From Paraspadella gotoi (taxonomy: Eukaryota > Animalia > Chaetognatha), in assembly GCA_051294375.1 (NCBI GenBank), contig CM119265.1, positions 23,900,669 through 23,964,668 on the forward strand: DNA of 64,000 nucleotides, written 5' to 3'. Below are positions 45,801-59,369 of the stretch, one piece after another. The notes beneath the pieces were generated by a model that was not told where the DNA came from, did no database searches, and saw only the letters and a program-made list of their open reading frames with translations. The position numbers and the translations under genes are program-made. Within the stretch, counting starts at the first letter, position 1. Every line of letters starts with the position of its first letter.

Positions 45801-48800
45801 CCACGCCCACAAGAAGAAGATGTGCATGATAGCAACCTCACCAACTCCACCATTCGATAACGAAGGAGACCGTCAGGAGTTATTCCGCGCGAACGGAAGC
45901 GATCATCAGGATATACTAACGGCGCCGTCTACCCCACCAGCAACACCCCCCCGCTCAAACCAACTATATATCATGAAAAACGGTGAAAAACGACAAACAA
46001 AAAAGATTACTAAATCGCAAATTCGTAATTTATCAGCACCCAAATTGCGGATCATGTGAGAATTTTTTCTACCACACCAAACATTTACCAATGTGTATCT
46101 TTAAAACGGATAAATCAGCGGCACCACTGTCGAAAATAAAAAAAAACCAAAAAATGTTAAGAAACTTACTCGTGAAAAGACGGTTGAAAAACTCTTCCCG
46201 GACATCATATCGTTTTTAAATGAGCATCACACGACTCCGCAACAGCCGCTTGTCGATGCCCGATATCCGTTCCCAGCGACTTTTGGATTCAACAGCATCC
46301 ATCGATTCGTGGATCCATTTCTTCGCAAAGAAAGGAAGCGGCGAGAGAAAGATCGGCAAGGAGATAGTGTTCAAACCACAAACCCCAACCCCTCCCTCCA
46401 CCGATAGCGGAATCCCCGAGGACGATCCACAAACCCGGATTCCCATGCTACAACCAAGCCGATACTCGCTCGGGAAAACCACCGCCGGGCGAACAGTTTT
46501 CACACCGCCGCCAGACCCAGCCAACGACATCCCGCCAGCACGTGGGGAAGTCAAACGCAAGAGGAAGCCGAATACGCTCGACGAAGGGACCTCCGAACCG
46601 TCAGAGGAAGCAGTCGATCTTATTTGCGGAGGAAGAAGAAATTGTTAACCCGTAAGCATTGTTTACTAACAACAACTCTTAAGAAAAAAATAATAGTTCT
46701 ACTCGCGTAAACGAAGGCTACGAATACGAAAGTCTTTATTCGTGCTATTATTCACAAGAAAATGTAAATTTATTTTAAGTTCATATCAAAGAATCATTTA
46801 GGTGAAAATAATTCAATCATTCCAGATTCGTTCCTCGCGAAGAGTCGGCTGATTTATTGTTGAACTGCTCAACAGAGTCCAAACCTCTTTTTAGTAATAT
46901 CGTTATACATCGGAACTTAAAAAGTCTAAAAAAATCTATCCAATGTTTTCAGTAAAAAATTCGATTTAGCGTTATTTTTCCGCTCCGTAGCGCACGTCCA
47001 CAGACGGGGGTGAAGAATAGCTCGACGTTGAAACAGATCGAAGACGCCGAACCTGATTTTATTTACGAAGCCAACAACCTGTAGAGATCTTTGATCAGGG
47101 TGAGACGGTTACCGAGGACACGTTGAACAGGATATTTTGAAAACTATAATTTTATGACAAATTTCCGATATTAACGCTGAAAACGATCCGGACTCGTCTA
47201 TCTATACACAGTATTTTTAAAACTTTAAATATATTTCGTTTTAAAAATTTTATGCAGTGTCGTGGGGGGTCACCAGACAAATCCAAAGTTCCATCGCAAA
47301 AGAAAGAACGCGCTTTTAAACGTTCCAATGTAATGGGTTGGTCAAATGTCTATGAATATAGTATAAATAGCAATCAATTTTCAATTTTCCGCAAAAACCG
47401 CAAGATACGAAAAAAATTTAGATCCATTTTACATAATAATTAATTACACAAGGCGTGTGCTGAATTTTCCGCATCACCAGTTCCGAGGCAAATTTGAAAA
47501 ACTATGAGAAACTTAATAAAAATTTATTTGCCCATTCATATTACATTTACATTACTTAAATATAAGAATAAGAAATTAGAAATTTTCCCGTTTTTTTCAT
47601 TAGCCGTGCAACGAGAAACCGCAGTTCGATCTCACTATATTACAGCACGGAAAAGGCGCCAAGCCACTTCATGGTTCATCTCGATCACTCTCCAGACTCG
47701 TTGCGTCATCCATAAGCTAGAATACTCGTACGCAAGTTCTTCTGCGTTAAAATTGTTTAAGATCCTTTGGCAAGTTATATAAAAGATCAGCATTATCGAA
47801 ACATGGTTTCAAGAAAAAAGAAATTCAAAATTTGTACTGACCCCACCGAGGCCACTTCACAGTCGAAATTAAATTCATGCGTCTTCGTTTTACTGTTGCG
47901 AAAATTCATTGGCGCTGCCGATACTCGAAAGCGATAAATACATTGAAATAAAAATTTGGTATCTGGAATAGAGAATACATCCCATTAGCGGCCACGGGCT
48001 GTAGTGACCAAGACAGACCTTAGGTGTCAATTCAAGCACGATAAAACGATCCACGCCAGCGACTGCGAAAAATTTGTGGCAGCGACATGCCATGCATAGA
48101 ATTTTGTAATCGATTGAAGTAATATCATAAGGTTAATTTAAGATGGTTTCAATAACGCTTATCAGATAATTAATACATATTTGATAAAACACTATACCTT
48201 TCCGTATCAGACACTCATCAGGCTGAGAGTGAAGATAAGAATTTGAAAAATATTACGAAGGTTCAAAAACCATTTTTTTGGATTCTCTGCTATAACGATT
48301 TCAATGAAACTAAAACCCAAACTCATAACTACAAATAACGAATTAAAAATAATAACGGAATTAAATCCGCAAAAGAGTACAAAGAGCAAAAAAATTGTGA
48401 ATTATGTAAGATTCCGTTCCCCTAAGAAAAATGCATTGTATTTATTTTCAAATAAACCACAAGTAAGTTTTAACATCTACGAACATCTTACCAAGGCTAA
48501 CTATTGACCTGAATTACACATTTAACAGGTAAAATATATGCCCTATAGTTTAGCAATCGCATGCAATTTGGCATTTGATAGACAAGAGCGAAATAATTTT
48601 ATAGCCATACAAAAAGTCTCAGTTTATGTTTTACCCAGATTTCTGTCCTCTTCACATAGCGAAACTATGAGCCATTATTTTCGCAGACTTGAGCGTATGG
48701 TAAGACGGAAAGAAAAGGTTGGAATGAGTTGTCAGACATTTCGCCTTTCTTTGACCGCTGAATTGCAGAGCCGAGAGAAGAGAAGATCGAAGAATATACA

Positions 48801-51559
48801 AAGGGGGCGGTTCCGAAATCATAGCAGAAAGAGAAAAAGCAGGTAGAAAGATGGGCTTTCGCCGACATTGCCCCGGTATTAGCGGAAGCTTCACAGAATC
48901 CGAGTGGAAACGTTGGCAGGCCCCGCGAAAGCGCTGGCAAGCCCGGTGAGAAACCCGATAAGCTAGTCGACGATGCACGTCGATGGGAGTTCGACTCGAA
49001 CGACGGGGTGGCCGGAGTATCGACGAAAGTACTCCAATACGATTATTAGATGACAGTGACGATTGATTAGACAGGTGACGGATGACAATGATATCACTCC
49101 TAAAAAGAAAGAGTAATGAAGTGCGTATTAGGGATATTATTATAAACATAGACGAAAGCGAAAAAATCCCTTGTTAAAGAGTGTCTGAGGCCTATTTCGC
49201 TTCATCGATTCGATATAGTAACTACTTTAAATTATTATAGAAGAACCTGGACTACTCACCTTAGTGAGTACAATTAGTCGAAAATAATACTTGCCGACTC
49301 GTGTCGGGAGCGAAAAAGCCGGATCGGACACCACATGCCCACAGTATATGCGCAAGAGACTAAAAGAAAATTTTTTTATATCTCATCAATTTTGTAAAGA
49401 GTAATTTATTTATGTATAATCCCTAGCCCCACCGCCCTTCCTCAGAAAAGCAAACTTTTTCTACGATTTTTCTTCAAGGGGTGAACGTGTTACAACAGAC
49501 TGGAATATCCCTAAGCACGCAAGATTCGTCATTTCCACGACCATCACAACGAAAAAACATTTCGTGAGAGTGACTATCAGTATACAGCCCTTCTAGACAC
49601 TGCCTATAATGGAATATAAAATGCCTCTCTATAAAAACTTGAAACGAGAAGCCAGTACGTCCAGCATTTATGTGAAAAATATGAGATACGATCCATTCTT
49701 ATTATTAGACAAATATCGTTTAATTTTAATAGCACAAGAATCTCATATTACTATATTTAAAATTTAGAACATACACTCGTATTTATTATTATATCGAACT
49801 TACCAGCTTTCGCATTTGACGCTCGTTGTTAAGTATTTATATCTTAACGTGTAAAATTTAGCATATGCATTTTTAGATCCATTTGTCTTATCTTACATAA
49901 CAATTCGTTCCGATACTTCGAGAATTAACAGTGAGTCGTGGTTGCGGTTCGTGGTATTTTCCTCTCAATTACCTCAAAGCGTTCGAACGACGAATTATAA
50001 TTTACCAAATCCCATACCGGAAGATAGTCGTTAAAATAACGCTATAAATTTATTAGAGGGAAGTCGGAGAAGGAAGCTTTAATTTTAAGCTAAAATAATC
50101 ATCACCAATTCCGGAAGATGTGTGGCATCGATTTCGCGAGATATATACAGGACGCAATGGAAGGAGAGGCAGAGAGAGTATGGGGTGATATAATGAAATA
50201 TATTTGCTGCATGGTCATGAGATTATCACCTCACCTACCTCTTTACGATTCTCCTTGCTCGATTGCGCCTGTTAGGACGAATCACTACAGTCTGTTATTA
50301 TGCCATGTTTATTTTCATTAATACAGCTATAAATTTGCTCTTACGCGTGGTTTTTACTCTCGAATATTTAAGGGCGTCCGAACTGAAAGAAATTAAAAGA
50401 GAGTTTTTTAATCAATTCCGGGATAATAATATAGATAATTTTTTTGCGTTAATATAGGTTATTTTTCTTAATGTGGATTTAGTTACATCAGCAACGGAGA
50501 CTGATTAAGCATATTGCTTTCGAACTGTGGTGTTTCCTCCCCCCCTGACTCCGAATAACAGAATCCTTTCACCCCCCGCACCCCCCCATGACGAAGACTG
50601 TTTCGTCCCTAATTCACTACGTGTATTTCTTATGGGGCATATAAACACTGGGTACACAAAAAATGCTATAAGTTTCACATTGTAGATTTTTAACAAGAAA
50701 AAAAAATATATCTCATACATTCCTTTATTTCTTAAGTACTTTGCTGAACGCAAGGAGTGAAACTGACCAGAGTCATATAATATTATTTTTTTTTCGCCAA
50801 AAGGTCGCTGTTTCTCCAGAGTTCGTGCAGGGCAAATATAACCTAATGGGCCAAAATCTAAGAGCATAAATTGCAATGTTCTTAGAGCAAAATTTGATCA
50901 TTCGAACGTAATCCTTACTGGCAAGTTAGTGGCGGTTCTGAGGGCAAAGTAGGCTAAAATTTTAAGTTTATACTAGCTGAGAGGCAGGCTGTTGTGAAGA
51001 CCATATCCGACCACGCCTTCATTACGTACGCCATTGAGATCCTAATCAGAAAATTGCATTCTACGACCAAATTTTTCTAGCAACTCTAGATAGCCGTTAC
51101 TTGCTGGACGAACCTTGTTATCTTTACCGGGTTTGCAAGCTTTAATTGCTGTATAGTGTTAGACCTTTTCGAAAATATTACCTCCAGTCATATGCCTCAT
51201 GAAATTCCATATGCCCATTTTTCCGCACCTTTCCGCCAAGCAGGTTCACACGACAACGTGAGAGACTCCCTCGTCCCCACTGATACAGATTCGCGTTATG
51301 CCTAAAAGTCTATTATTCAACTCTAATAAGTCATTTACTCCTGGTCCGGTATTTTATTCTATAGAATCAATGGCTAAATTATCATATTTGGTTGGCATGT
51401 TTAGCAATCTGCGACTAAACGATACATCACTTTATTCACCCATCTACTGAAACTATAATAGGATACTCTTTTTCAAAACTTTTCCCCCTAATCACTTTCA
51501 CATCGGGTTTTCGCACTCGCAAAATTAATTCGTCATTCTCACTTCGTTTTCCAGTCTCT

Positions 51560-53820
51560 GAGAGAAGGGTGCAGAGGATTGTTGGTGAATATAGCTTCCA
51601 ATATAGAATCTGAGTGAGACAGTGGTTGTAATGATTTAATAAGTTAAAAGATAAAGAGATTAAGACTATTTGTAGTAAGTGATGCATATATAGTAGAATG
51701 TGTTGTGGTATCCTTTTTCGATTTGAAGAATAGACGTGAACACAAAAAAAAAAAACCCCTACTTGTTTAATTAAAATTTAATACCAATTGCTTAATATTA
51801 GGCCCGCTTCGAATATATACGCACGAGTTGTTTGTCCGACGCACGCGGAGAATGTTGGATTCCCTCCGCCCGGCCATTAAGGGGGACCGGCTTTTTTGCC
51901 ATTAGGATTGCATCTAGGTTGCCATTAGTTCGGCGCATTATGGCCGATCGGTATTCCGTGGCCGAAGAGGAACCGCATCCTCCCCTAGCCTTTCTTCACC
52001 GGAGACTCCTTCGCGTGGAATAACGAATCCGGAAGTCAATTCCGCGAACTGGCCGATTTTTTGGTTACCGGGCATTTCGTCTATGCAGTTATCGGCGAAT
52101 CGAAAGCGTTCGGACCTTGTCATAGAATTTCATTTTTTAAAATAATTTATTATATAGTGACCATACATTGGCTCGCACCTTGGTTGCACGCCTTCATCGG
52201 AACGAGAAGCGCTCTACTTTCGGCATCTTCTCAATTGGTTCACCCCGCTAATGATACTAGAGCTTCTTCACTGTTGCCATAAATCCGTTGGCAATGTCCC
52301 AGTCGGTGAGTGAAGTTTGAATCAAAATTTTTATTTGTTTCACATCACCCTAAATGTTCAGTCGCTTCACCCGATTTATCATCGCAACTCAGCTATCGAT
52401 ATCTCTCTGCAACCGGTGACTCGGAGACGCAACGGTTCGCTGCCAAAACAGGATCCCAAGATCATTACGACTCCTTTTTAATTTCCGCGGTCAGCTCCTC
52501 CTTCCTCCTCGCCGCTGCAGCCGCTGCAGCACCTGCGCCGCCGCTGACTGCGCCCGCTGCCGCCACAAATAAATTAGACTCTTACCGCTGTCCTTCTTTT
52601 TTGGAGGCAGCCGGAGAAAAAAAAAAAATGCAACAACATTCTACATCGATTTCCTCGATAACGAAATTCAACGAACGTCATTTAGGTGGAACAGGGAAGG
52701 GGGTAAAAGGAAGGGGGTGGTGGAGGGGGTTAAGCGGTGGGTGCGTTAAATTTAAAAGAAAATATTTGTGTTTTGGAATGTTTTTTTTTGGGGGGAATAA
52801 GAGGAATTGTTTTGCGATGAAATTGTATATTACAGAGCGAATTGAGGTGTTGCAGGAAAATCTAGTTGACAAGAAAAAGTGCAGAACGTCTAGCAAGGAT
52901 AACAAAATAACAGATTAAAATAAAACTGGAAAGACGAAGGGAAAAGATGAGATGAGAAAGATGATCAGGGGGGAGGGAAGAAGGAGAAACAAACAGAGGA
53001 GACAGGGTGGAAGATGTGAAATATTAAAAAAAGAGAGATCCATTGAAAAAAAAGTTAGGAGAAGCTATGAAAATTAAATAGAAAAAAAAGAACCAAATGT
53101 TGAAAAACTAAACAGTATAAAATGAAGAAGAAAGTGAATATAAAGCTATGTGCCTTTCCGCATTAGCAAAATCTAGACGTTTAGAATCTCAATTAAAATT
53201 ATTTAAAAACCTTCCCAACTAGTTACCCAAAAACAAATTATAGGAGTTACTTCCCGAGGACGCGCCCGAGAGCAGCAACCTAAAAACAAAAGGAAATTCG
53301 TTGAAATACAAAAAGCGGAAGATTGAAGTGAAGAGAACGAGAGACGAGAGACGAGGAGAGAGAGAGAGAGAGAGAGAGAGAGTAAGAGAGTGAGAGTGAG
53401 AGAGGAGAGAGAGAGGAGAGAAGGAGAGAGACGAGAGAGTAGAAAAGACGAGAAAATAAAAAAACCGTCGTAACACAAAAATCATTTTCACCAAAAGAGT
53501 TTTCTTCTTTTTCTTTCGTTCTATTTTATTTTTTGAGAGAAAGACACATGAAGAGTCCTGAGGGCGGGGCAGAGGGGGTTAGTAAGGGGGGGGGGTTCGA
53601 GACCCGCAATGTTGCTGTGGCGGTTTGATAGGAGGGTGGGGAAAAGAAAGACGTTTAAAGATGGACGGAGGAGAATGAGGTAGAAATTTGACTTAAAAGT
53701 TTCGTTCTCCCGAAACACCATAACGATATGAGAGGAGATGCACGGAGAAGAAGTAGAGAAGAGAGAGAGAGGAGATGGATCCACTAGAGGAGAGAGAGAG
53801 ACGAGAGAGAGAGAGGAGAG

Positions 53821-53855
<35 letters not shown>

Positions 53856-53958
53856 TTAACAATGTCCATTACGCGGGAAAATATTCTGAACAAGATGAAT
53901 AAAATCCAAGCACGGAGGGGAAGAATCCTTCCCGACGTGGAGACAATCGAGTGATGGA

Positions 53959-54003
<45 letters not shown>

Positions 54004-56030
54004 CGAAGAGCAGAGACCGGCCCAGAGCATGGACGAGAGGGTTAAAAAGGGTGGGGGGTAGGAGAGGAGAAGAAAGGACATGAAAGAGTAGGAAAAGAGA
54101 GAGAGAGAGAGGGAAATACCAGAAAGAGAAAAGAAGAAGAGAAAGATGGAAGAAGGAGAGGAATTAAAAGAAAGGACCGCCCCCGTACCCGAGAAAAAGA
54201 GGGAGAGAGAGACTGAGAGAAGAGAGGAGAAGAGAGAGAAGAGAGAGAGGAGAGAGAGAGCGAGAGAGAGAGAGAGAAGAGAGAAGGAAGAGAGACGAGG
54301 GGAGGGAAGATGCTGGAAAAGAGATTTTTAAAAATGAAAGATGCAAGAGATATAAAGAAGAAGAAAAGAGAAAAGAAAATAGAATGAAAAAGAGAAATGA
54401 CATGAGGACTGGAGGCATGGAGCAATGGGTAGGTATGGAGGCATGACAAGAAGAAGCGAAGGATAAAAGTTGTATGAGAGGTTCATCCGCCTGAAACAAC
54501 AGACGTTATAATTTTTTACTCTCTCTCTCTCTCCTCTCTTCCTACGCTCTCTCTCTTCTCTCTCTCTCTCTCTCTCTCTACTCTCTCTCTCTTTCTCTCT
54601 TCAAGTCGCGTATTTCCATTTTTGAGAAAAAAAATTATAAAAATGGGGAAAAAAAAAAAAGAAAGAAAAAAAAAATTCTTTTCGTTTATTCTTAGAGGCG
54701 AGATAAAGAATACCACAGGAACTAATCTCCTTCCGAGATATTTTGTGGGAGAGAGGAAAAGGGAGAAAGGGGGGAGGGAGAGAGGAAGAGGGAGGGCGAA
54801 AACAAGCGTGGGAAGAGAGAGAGACGGAGAGGAGAAGTGCGGGGTAGAGAGAGAGCGAGACGAGGAGGGAGAGATGGAGAGGAGAGATAGGAGAGAGGAG
54901 AGACGAGAGGAAAGAGAAAGGAGATTATGAGTGAAAGTAAAAATGAGCGTAAAATTATGGAAGTTCAGGAATGTTCTGGTTGGACAGCTTGTCAACAGAC
55001 ATTGCCAATGGCAGTTGCAGACGTTGGGAAGGTAAAAGAGAAGTGAACGAGAAAGAGAGGATGAGTGAGAGAGAGAGAGGAATGAGAAGGAGGAGACAAA
55101 AACCATCGAGGAGAAATGTTTATCAACGACTTAAACTAAAAAAAAAAATGAAAAACTGAATATGCAACTAAGAAGAAAAAATTTAAAATAAATTGAAATT
55201 CCTTTTTATTATTTCTAAATTTTTTTAATACGATGATCGTATTGGTCGTCGTCATTGCTAATAACAATCATTAAATTGAATATTTTACATTATATATATT
55301 TTTACAAACATACCCACAAACAATTTCCAGTTCGGCAACTGACGACCGACGCCTCGCTCGTTTGGCAACGTTTCAACTTTGCAACAGGCTCTCTTCCCAA
55401 CTTCCAACTGCGCGTTTCGTTGTTGGCGTCCCACTTCATAAAAAACCTTTCATCGCTTCGGAAACCTGGCGCATTCAAAGTCGTCGTTGAAAAAATGCCC
55501 CGCGTCCGTTTCCATTCAAAATCTGCAATTAGGAGAATCCATAAGTGAGGTAAGAGATAAGGGTTTTTTTATCACTTTTCGGTCGGTCCGTGCGTAGATC
55601 TGTAGGTCTCTGTCGGTCTGTTAAATGCATATAATTTCGCCTCTAGTTGGGTTTTCTATTTGTTAAGACGAGAAAAGAACCTCAAAATGCTTAAGTGCGA
55701 TTGCGGAGGCGTTAGTTACAGGTACTGCCGTCGTTCAACCGGGTGGATATTAATAAAAATTCATTAATGAGAATATTTTTGTTAAAAAAAACGTTTAAAA
55801 AAAAAACCACTTTCAATAAACCTAATTCACATCGTCAGTTTTGTTTGAATATACAAACATAAAACCAAACCAAAACATAATGAACAATAACTCATTTAAA
55901 AAATTGTATTTTAACATCAAAAGTAACATTAAAGCATAAATTAATAACAGATAAGAAAAATTTCATTACATTTAAAACCGAACTTGGTCTCAATATCGGA
56001 TTGATTCCCAACCCTTTCTTACAGAATTGG
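51560..56030 (+). other. Indel-rich duplicate of ~36300-40925, probably uncorrected long-read gap fill or a second haplotype
   Basis: Colinear with 36.3-40.9 kb but with frequent 1-nt insertions. Lies in the block bounded by the 25-N gaps at 40926-40950 and 56758-56782. Confidence 0.8.
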
Positions 56031-56117
56031 TTGCTCTCTCTCTCTCGTCTCTCTGTCCCCTCTCGTCTTCTCTCTGCTCTCTCTCCTCTCTCTTCTCTCC
56101 ACATTCTTTTCTCTTCT

Positions 56118-56151
<34 letters not shown>

Positions 56152-56401
56152 GCTCTCTCTCTCTCATAACTCTCTCTTCTCTCTGCTTTCTCTTCTTAAA
56201 TAATTAGCAATGTATTGCGGAAGCCTATTTACGAACTGCATGTGATACGTGCGTGCAAATAACAGCACGTATTTTAAATCACGCTCGCACTAAAACTTTT
56301 TCCCCTACAATCACTTTCCACATCGGGTTTTTCGACTGCGCAAAATTTAATTCGTCATTTCAACTTCGTTTTCCACTCTCTCTCTCTCTCATCTCTTCTC
56401 T

Positions 56402-56461
<60 letters not shown>

Positions 56462-56574
56462 GCTCTCTCTCTCTCTCTCACGCGTCCGGCCTCCGTTGAC
56501 GCGTTTGGCGCGCGATTTCGCGTTTCCTCTTCGTCGTGATGAACGTCATCCTCAACCAGTCTACGCCTTTCTCT

Positions 56575-56668
<94 letters not shown>

Positions 56669-57116
56669 CACCTTTTTTTGTCCCGATCCATCTCATCGCC
56701 ATTTCTTTTCTTCAGATCGTTTGGTCGTCGGTCTCGTTCGTTCGTCGTCGTTCGTCTNNNNNNNNNNNNNNNNNNNNNNNNNCGTCGTCGCAGTCAACGT
56801 CCTCTTCGATGTCGTCGTCGTCCTCATCGTCGTCGATGTTTCAACGCGTCATTTCTCTCTTACCTTCACGTCCTTTTCTTCTGTTTTTCCCCCAGTTCTT
56901 TATTTTTTCTTTCTTTTTTCTGTTTCTTTCTGTTTTTTTCTTGTTTACATCTTTCTTTTTCTTCCTTATATTATCTCCTTTTTTATCTTTCTTACTTTCT
57001 ATTCGCTTTTTTTCTTTTGTTCATTTTTTGCTTGCCTGGTACTTCTCATCGCGACGTTGTATTTCTTCGTTGCTGTCGTCGTCTTTTCTATGGCATTGCA
57101 GATTTCATTCCCCCTG

Positions 57117-57246
<130 letters not shown>

Positions 57247-58620
57247 CATTCGTCTCAACGGATGCAATTGAATCTTTAAATCTTTCAAATCTCCCGGAAT
57301 ATCTATTTCAACTTCTACTAAAACAAAAAAAAAATCCTATTTATCTTACTACGCGAAATAAAAAAAGGTAAGTCATTATTTAAAATGAAAAGAAAGTTAT
57401 CTTTTCTTCAATCTAAATTCTAATATTATATATTTAACCATAAAATCTCCTTTCAATCTGAAAATATTTTTTTTTCTGATGAAAACAAATAATCTTCCAA
57501 CGGATTTTTAACATTAGATGAAAAGAAAGAAAAAAAAAGGAAAGAAGGAGATTGACTTTCGCGTCGGAATCAACCTTCGCTTTGTCTTCATTCCATTCGA
57601 GAGGAATGGAAAAAAACATACTGGGAAAGAGNNNNNNNNNNNNNNNNNNNNNNNNNNNNNNNNNNNNNNNNNNNNNNNNNNNNNNNNNNNNNNNNNNNNN
57701 NNNNNNNNNNNNNNNNNNNNNNNNNNNNNNNNNNNNNNNNNNNNNNNNNNNNNNNNNNNNAGTACTAAGTCTTCATTTTCTCCCCTCCTTTTTTTTCGTT
57801 CTCTCCGTTAATAAATATTCCGCCAGAGGAGTTCGTTTCTCTCTCTCTCACTTTCTTTTCCTTCGTTTCATTTTTTTCTTTTCCTCCATTTTACTTTTCT
57901 TTTTTTTTTCTTTCTTTTCCTTCATTTTAGTTTTCCTTTTTTTCTCTCTTTCTATTTTTCCATTTTACTTTTCTTTCTCGTTTTCTTTCTTTTCCTTCAT
58001 TTTAGTTTTCCTTTTTTCTCTCTTTCTATTTCTCCATTTACTTTTCTTTCTCTTTCTTTTCCTCCGTTATACTTTTCTTAATCTTTTTCTTTATTTTCCT
58101 TTATTTTAGTTTTCCTTTTTTTCTTTCTTTTTTTTCCTCCGTTTCACTTTTTTCTTTTTCTCTTTCTTTTCCTCCGTTTTCTTTTTTTTCTTTTTCTCTT
58201 TCTTTCCCTCCGTTTTACTTCCTTAATCACTTTTCGCGACCCAAGTATCTTCCTTTTAGAAACTACTTCTTTATTTCTTTCTCTTTTTCCTTTCTTTTCT
58301 CTCCAGAGTTTCATAGACACTTTCTTTCTCATTTCTACTATCTCTCCTTTTTTTCTTTCTTTTCCTTTCCTTTCTTTTCTTCCTTTCACTCCAAAATCTG
58401 TTATTTTTATATTTCCGTCTTCATAATATTTTCTCGTGAAATTCCTTTTTGTCCCCGAACTTGTTTGAATTTTATATCAGCCTCGTTTTCGAACTCGAGT
58501 TCTTCACCCAGATTTTCTCTTCACGCTTGGGTGAACTCTGTTGATATTATAGCATTTTATTTTCCATTTTTCACCTCTATTTTATTTTTTAGGCTAGAAT
58601 ATTTATTCATTACTTCTTTA

Positions 58621-58759
58621 GAGAAAACAAAGTTTGTTTGTTTGAAAACAACGATTTTTATTTACATTGGACATGTTTCGGCTCTTGCTTTAAGCCTTCA
58701 TCAGCGTTTGTTTTCTCTAACTATTTAAACACAACGAAAAGAAAGGAAATAATATAATG
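58621..58759. mobile_element. Short Penelope-like insertion containing a hammerhead core
   Basis: Perfect 14-bp flanking direct repeat TCATTACTTCTTTA (58607-58620 / 58760-58773), 14-bp inverted repeat, and the same ACAACGAAAAGAAAGGAAA tail. Confidence 0.7.
58670..58704 (-). ncRNA. Minimal hammerhead ribozyme core (second family member)
   Basis: Minus strand CUGAUGA-A-GGCU-UAAAGCAAG-AGCC-GAAA-CAU-GUC. Same length as the 24942 copy, with compensatory changes in stem II. Confidence 0.7.
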
Positions 58760-59369
58760 TCATTACTTCTTTAAACGTCACATTATACACAAGATTGTGA
58801 TAGTTTCATGATGGAGAATAACGGTGTAGTAAAACAAAAACAATATTAATTTTTATTATTCATTTTTTTCTTATTTATTGCCAAATATATTTACTTCGTA
58901 TTTAAATTGAATCCATTTTTGAAATTTTTCGTGCGGGCTTCTCGAAACTATTTTAATATGATTTTATGTTAGATTTTTTCAGCATTTCTAATCTTAAATA
59001 TTTAAACCTATCATAGCAGAGAATAGAATTTCTAGATTTTATAAGGATAATACCATATATTTAAATATATACAGCCAACTACGAAAATTGTTATCTTTGT
59101 AATCTCAAGTCCAAACTGAATCTCAAAATACATTTTTTAACTTTTCAAAAAGTAATAATAAACCGATGAATTTTTTATTGTTTTTTTTAAAATAAATCAG
59201 AAATAGAAAAAAATAAATAAGGCGTTTAGACTTTCGCCATTGCGATGCATTATCATCTCAAAATGCAGTATCACTGGGAATAGTGCTGCAAATGTAGCAT
59301 TATCCCTAAATGCAGCATCATCCCTTAATGCAGCATCAGCTCAAAAGTTCGTCCCTTGATTCTTCGTCT

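Noticed and set aside
47255-47858. Degenerate TIR-like pair (GTG..GGGGTCA..ACAAA)
   Set aside because: Lies in error-rich sequence; TIR and TSD cannot be defined reliably.
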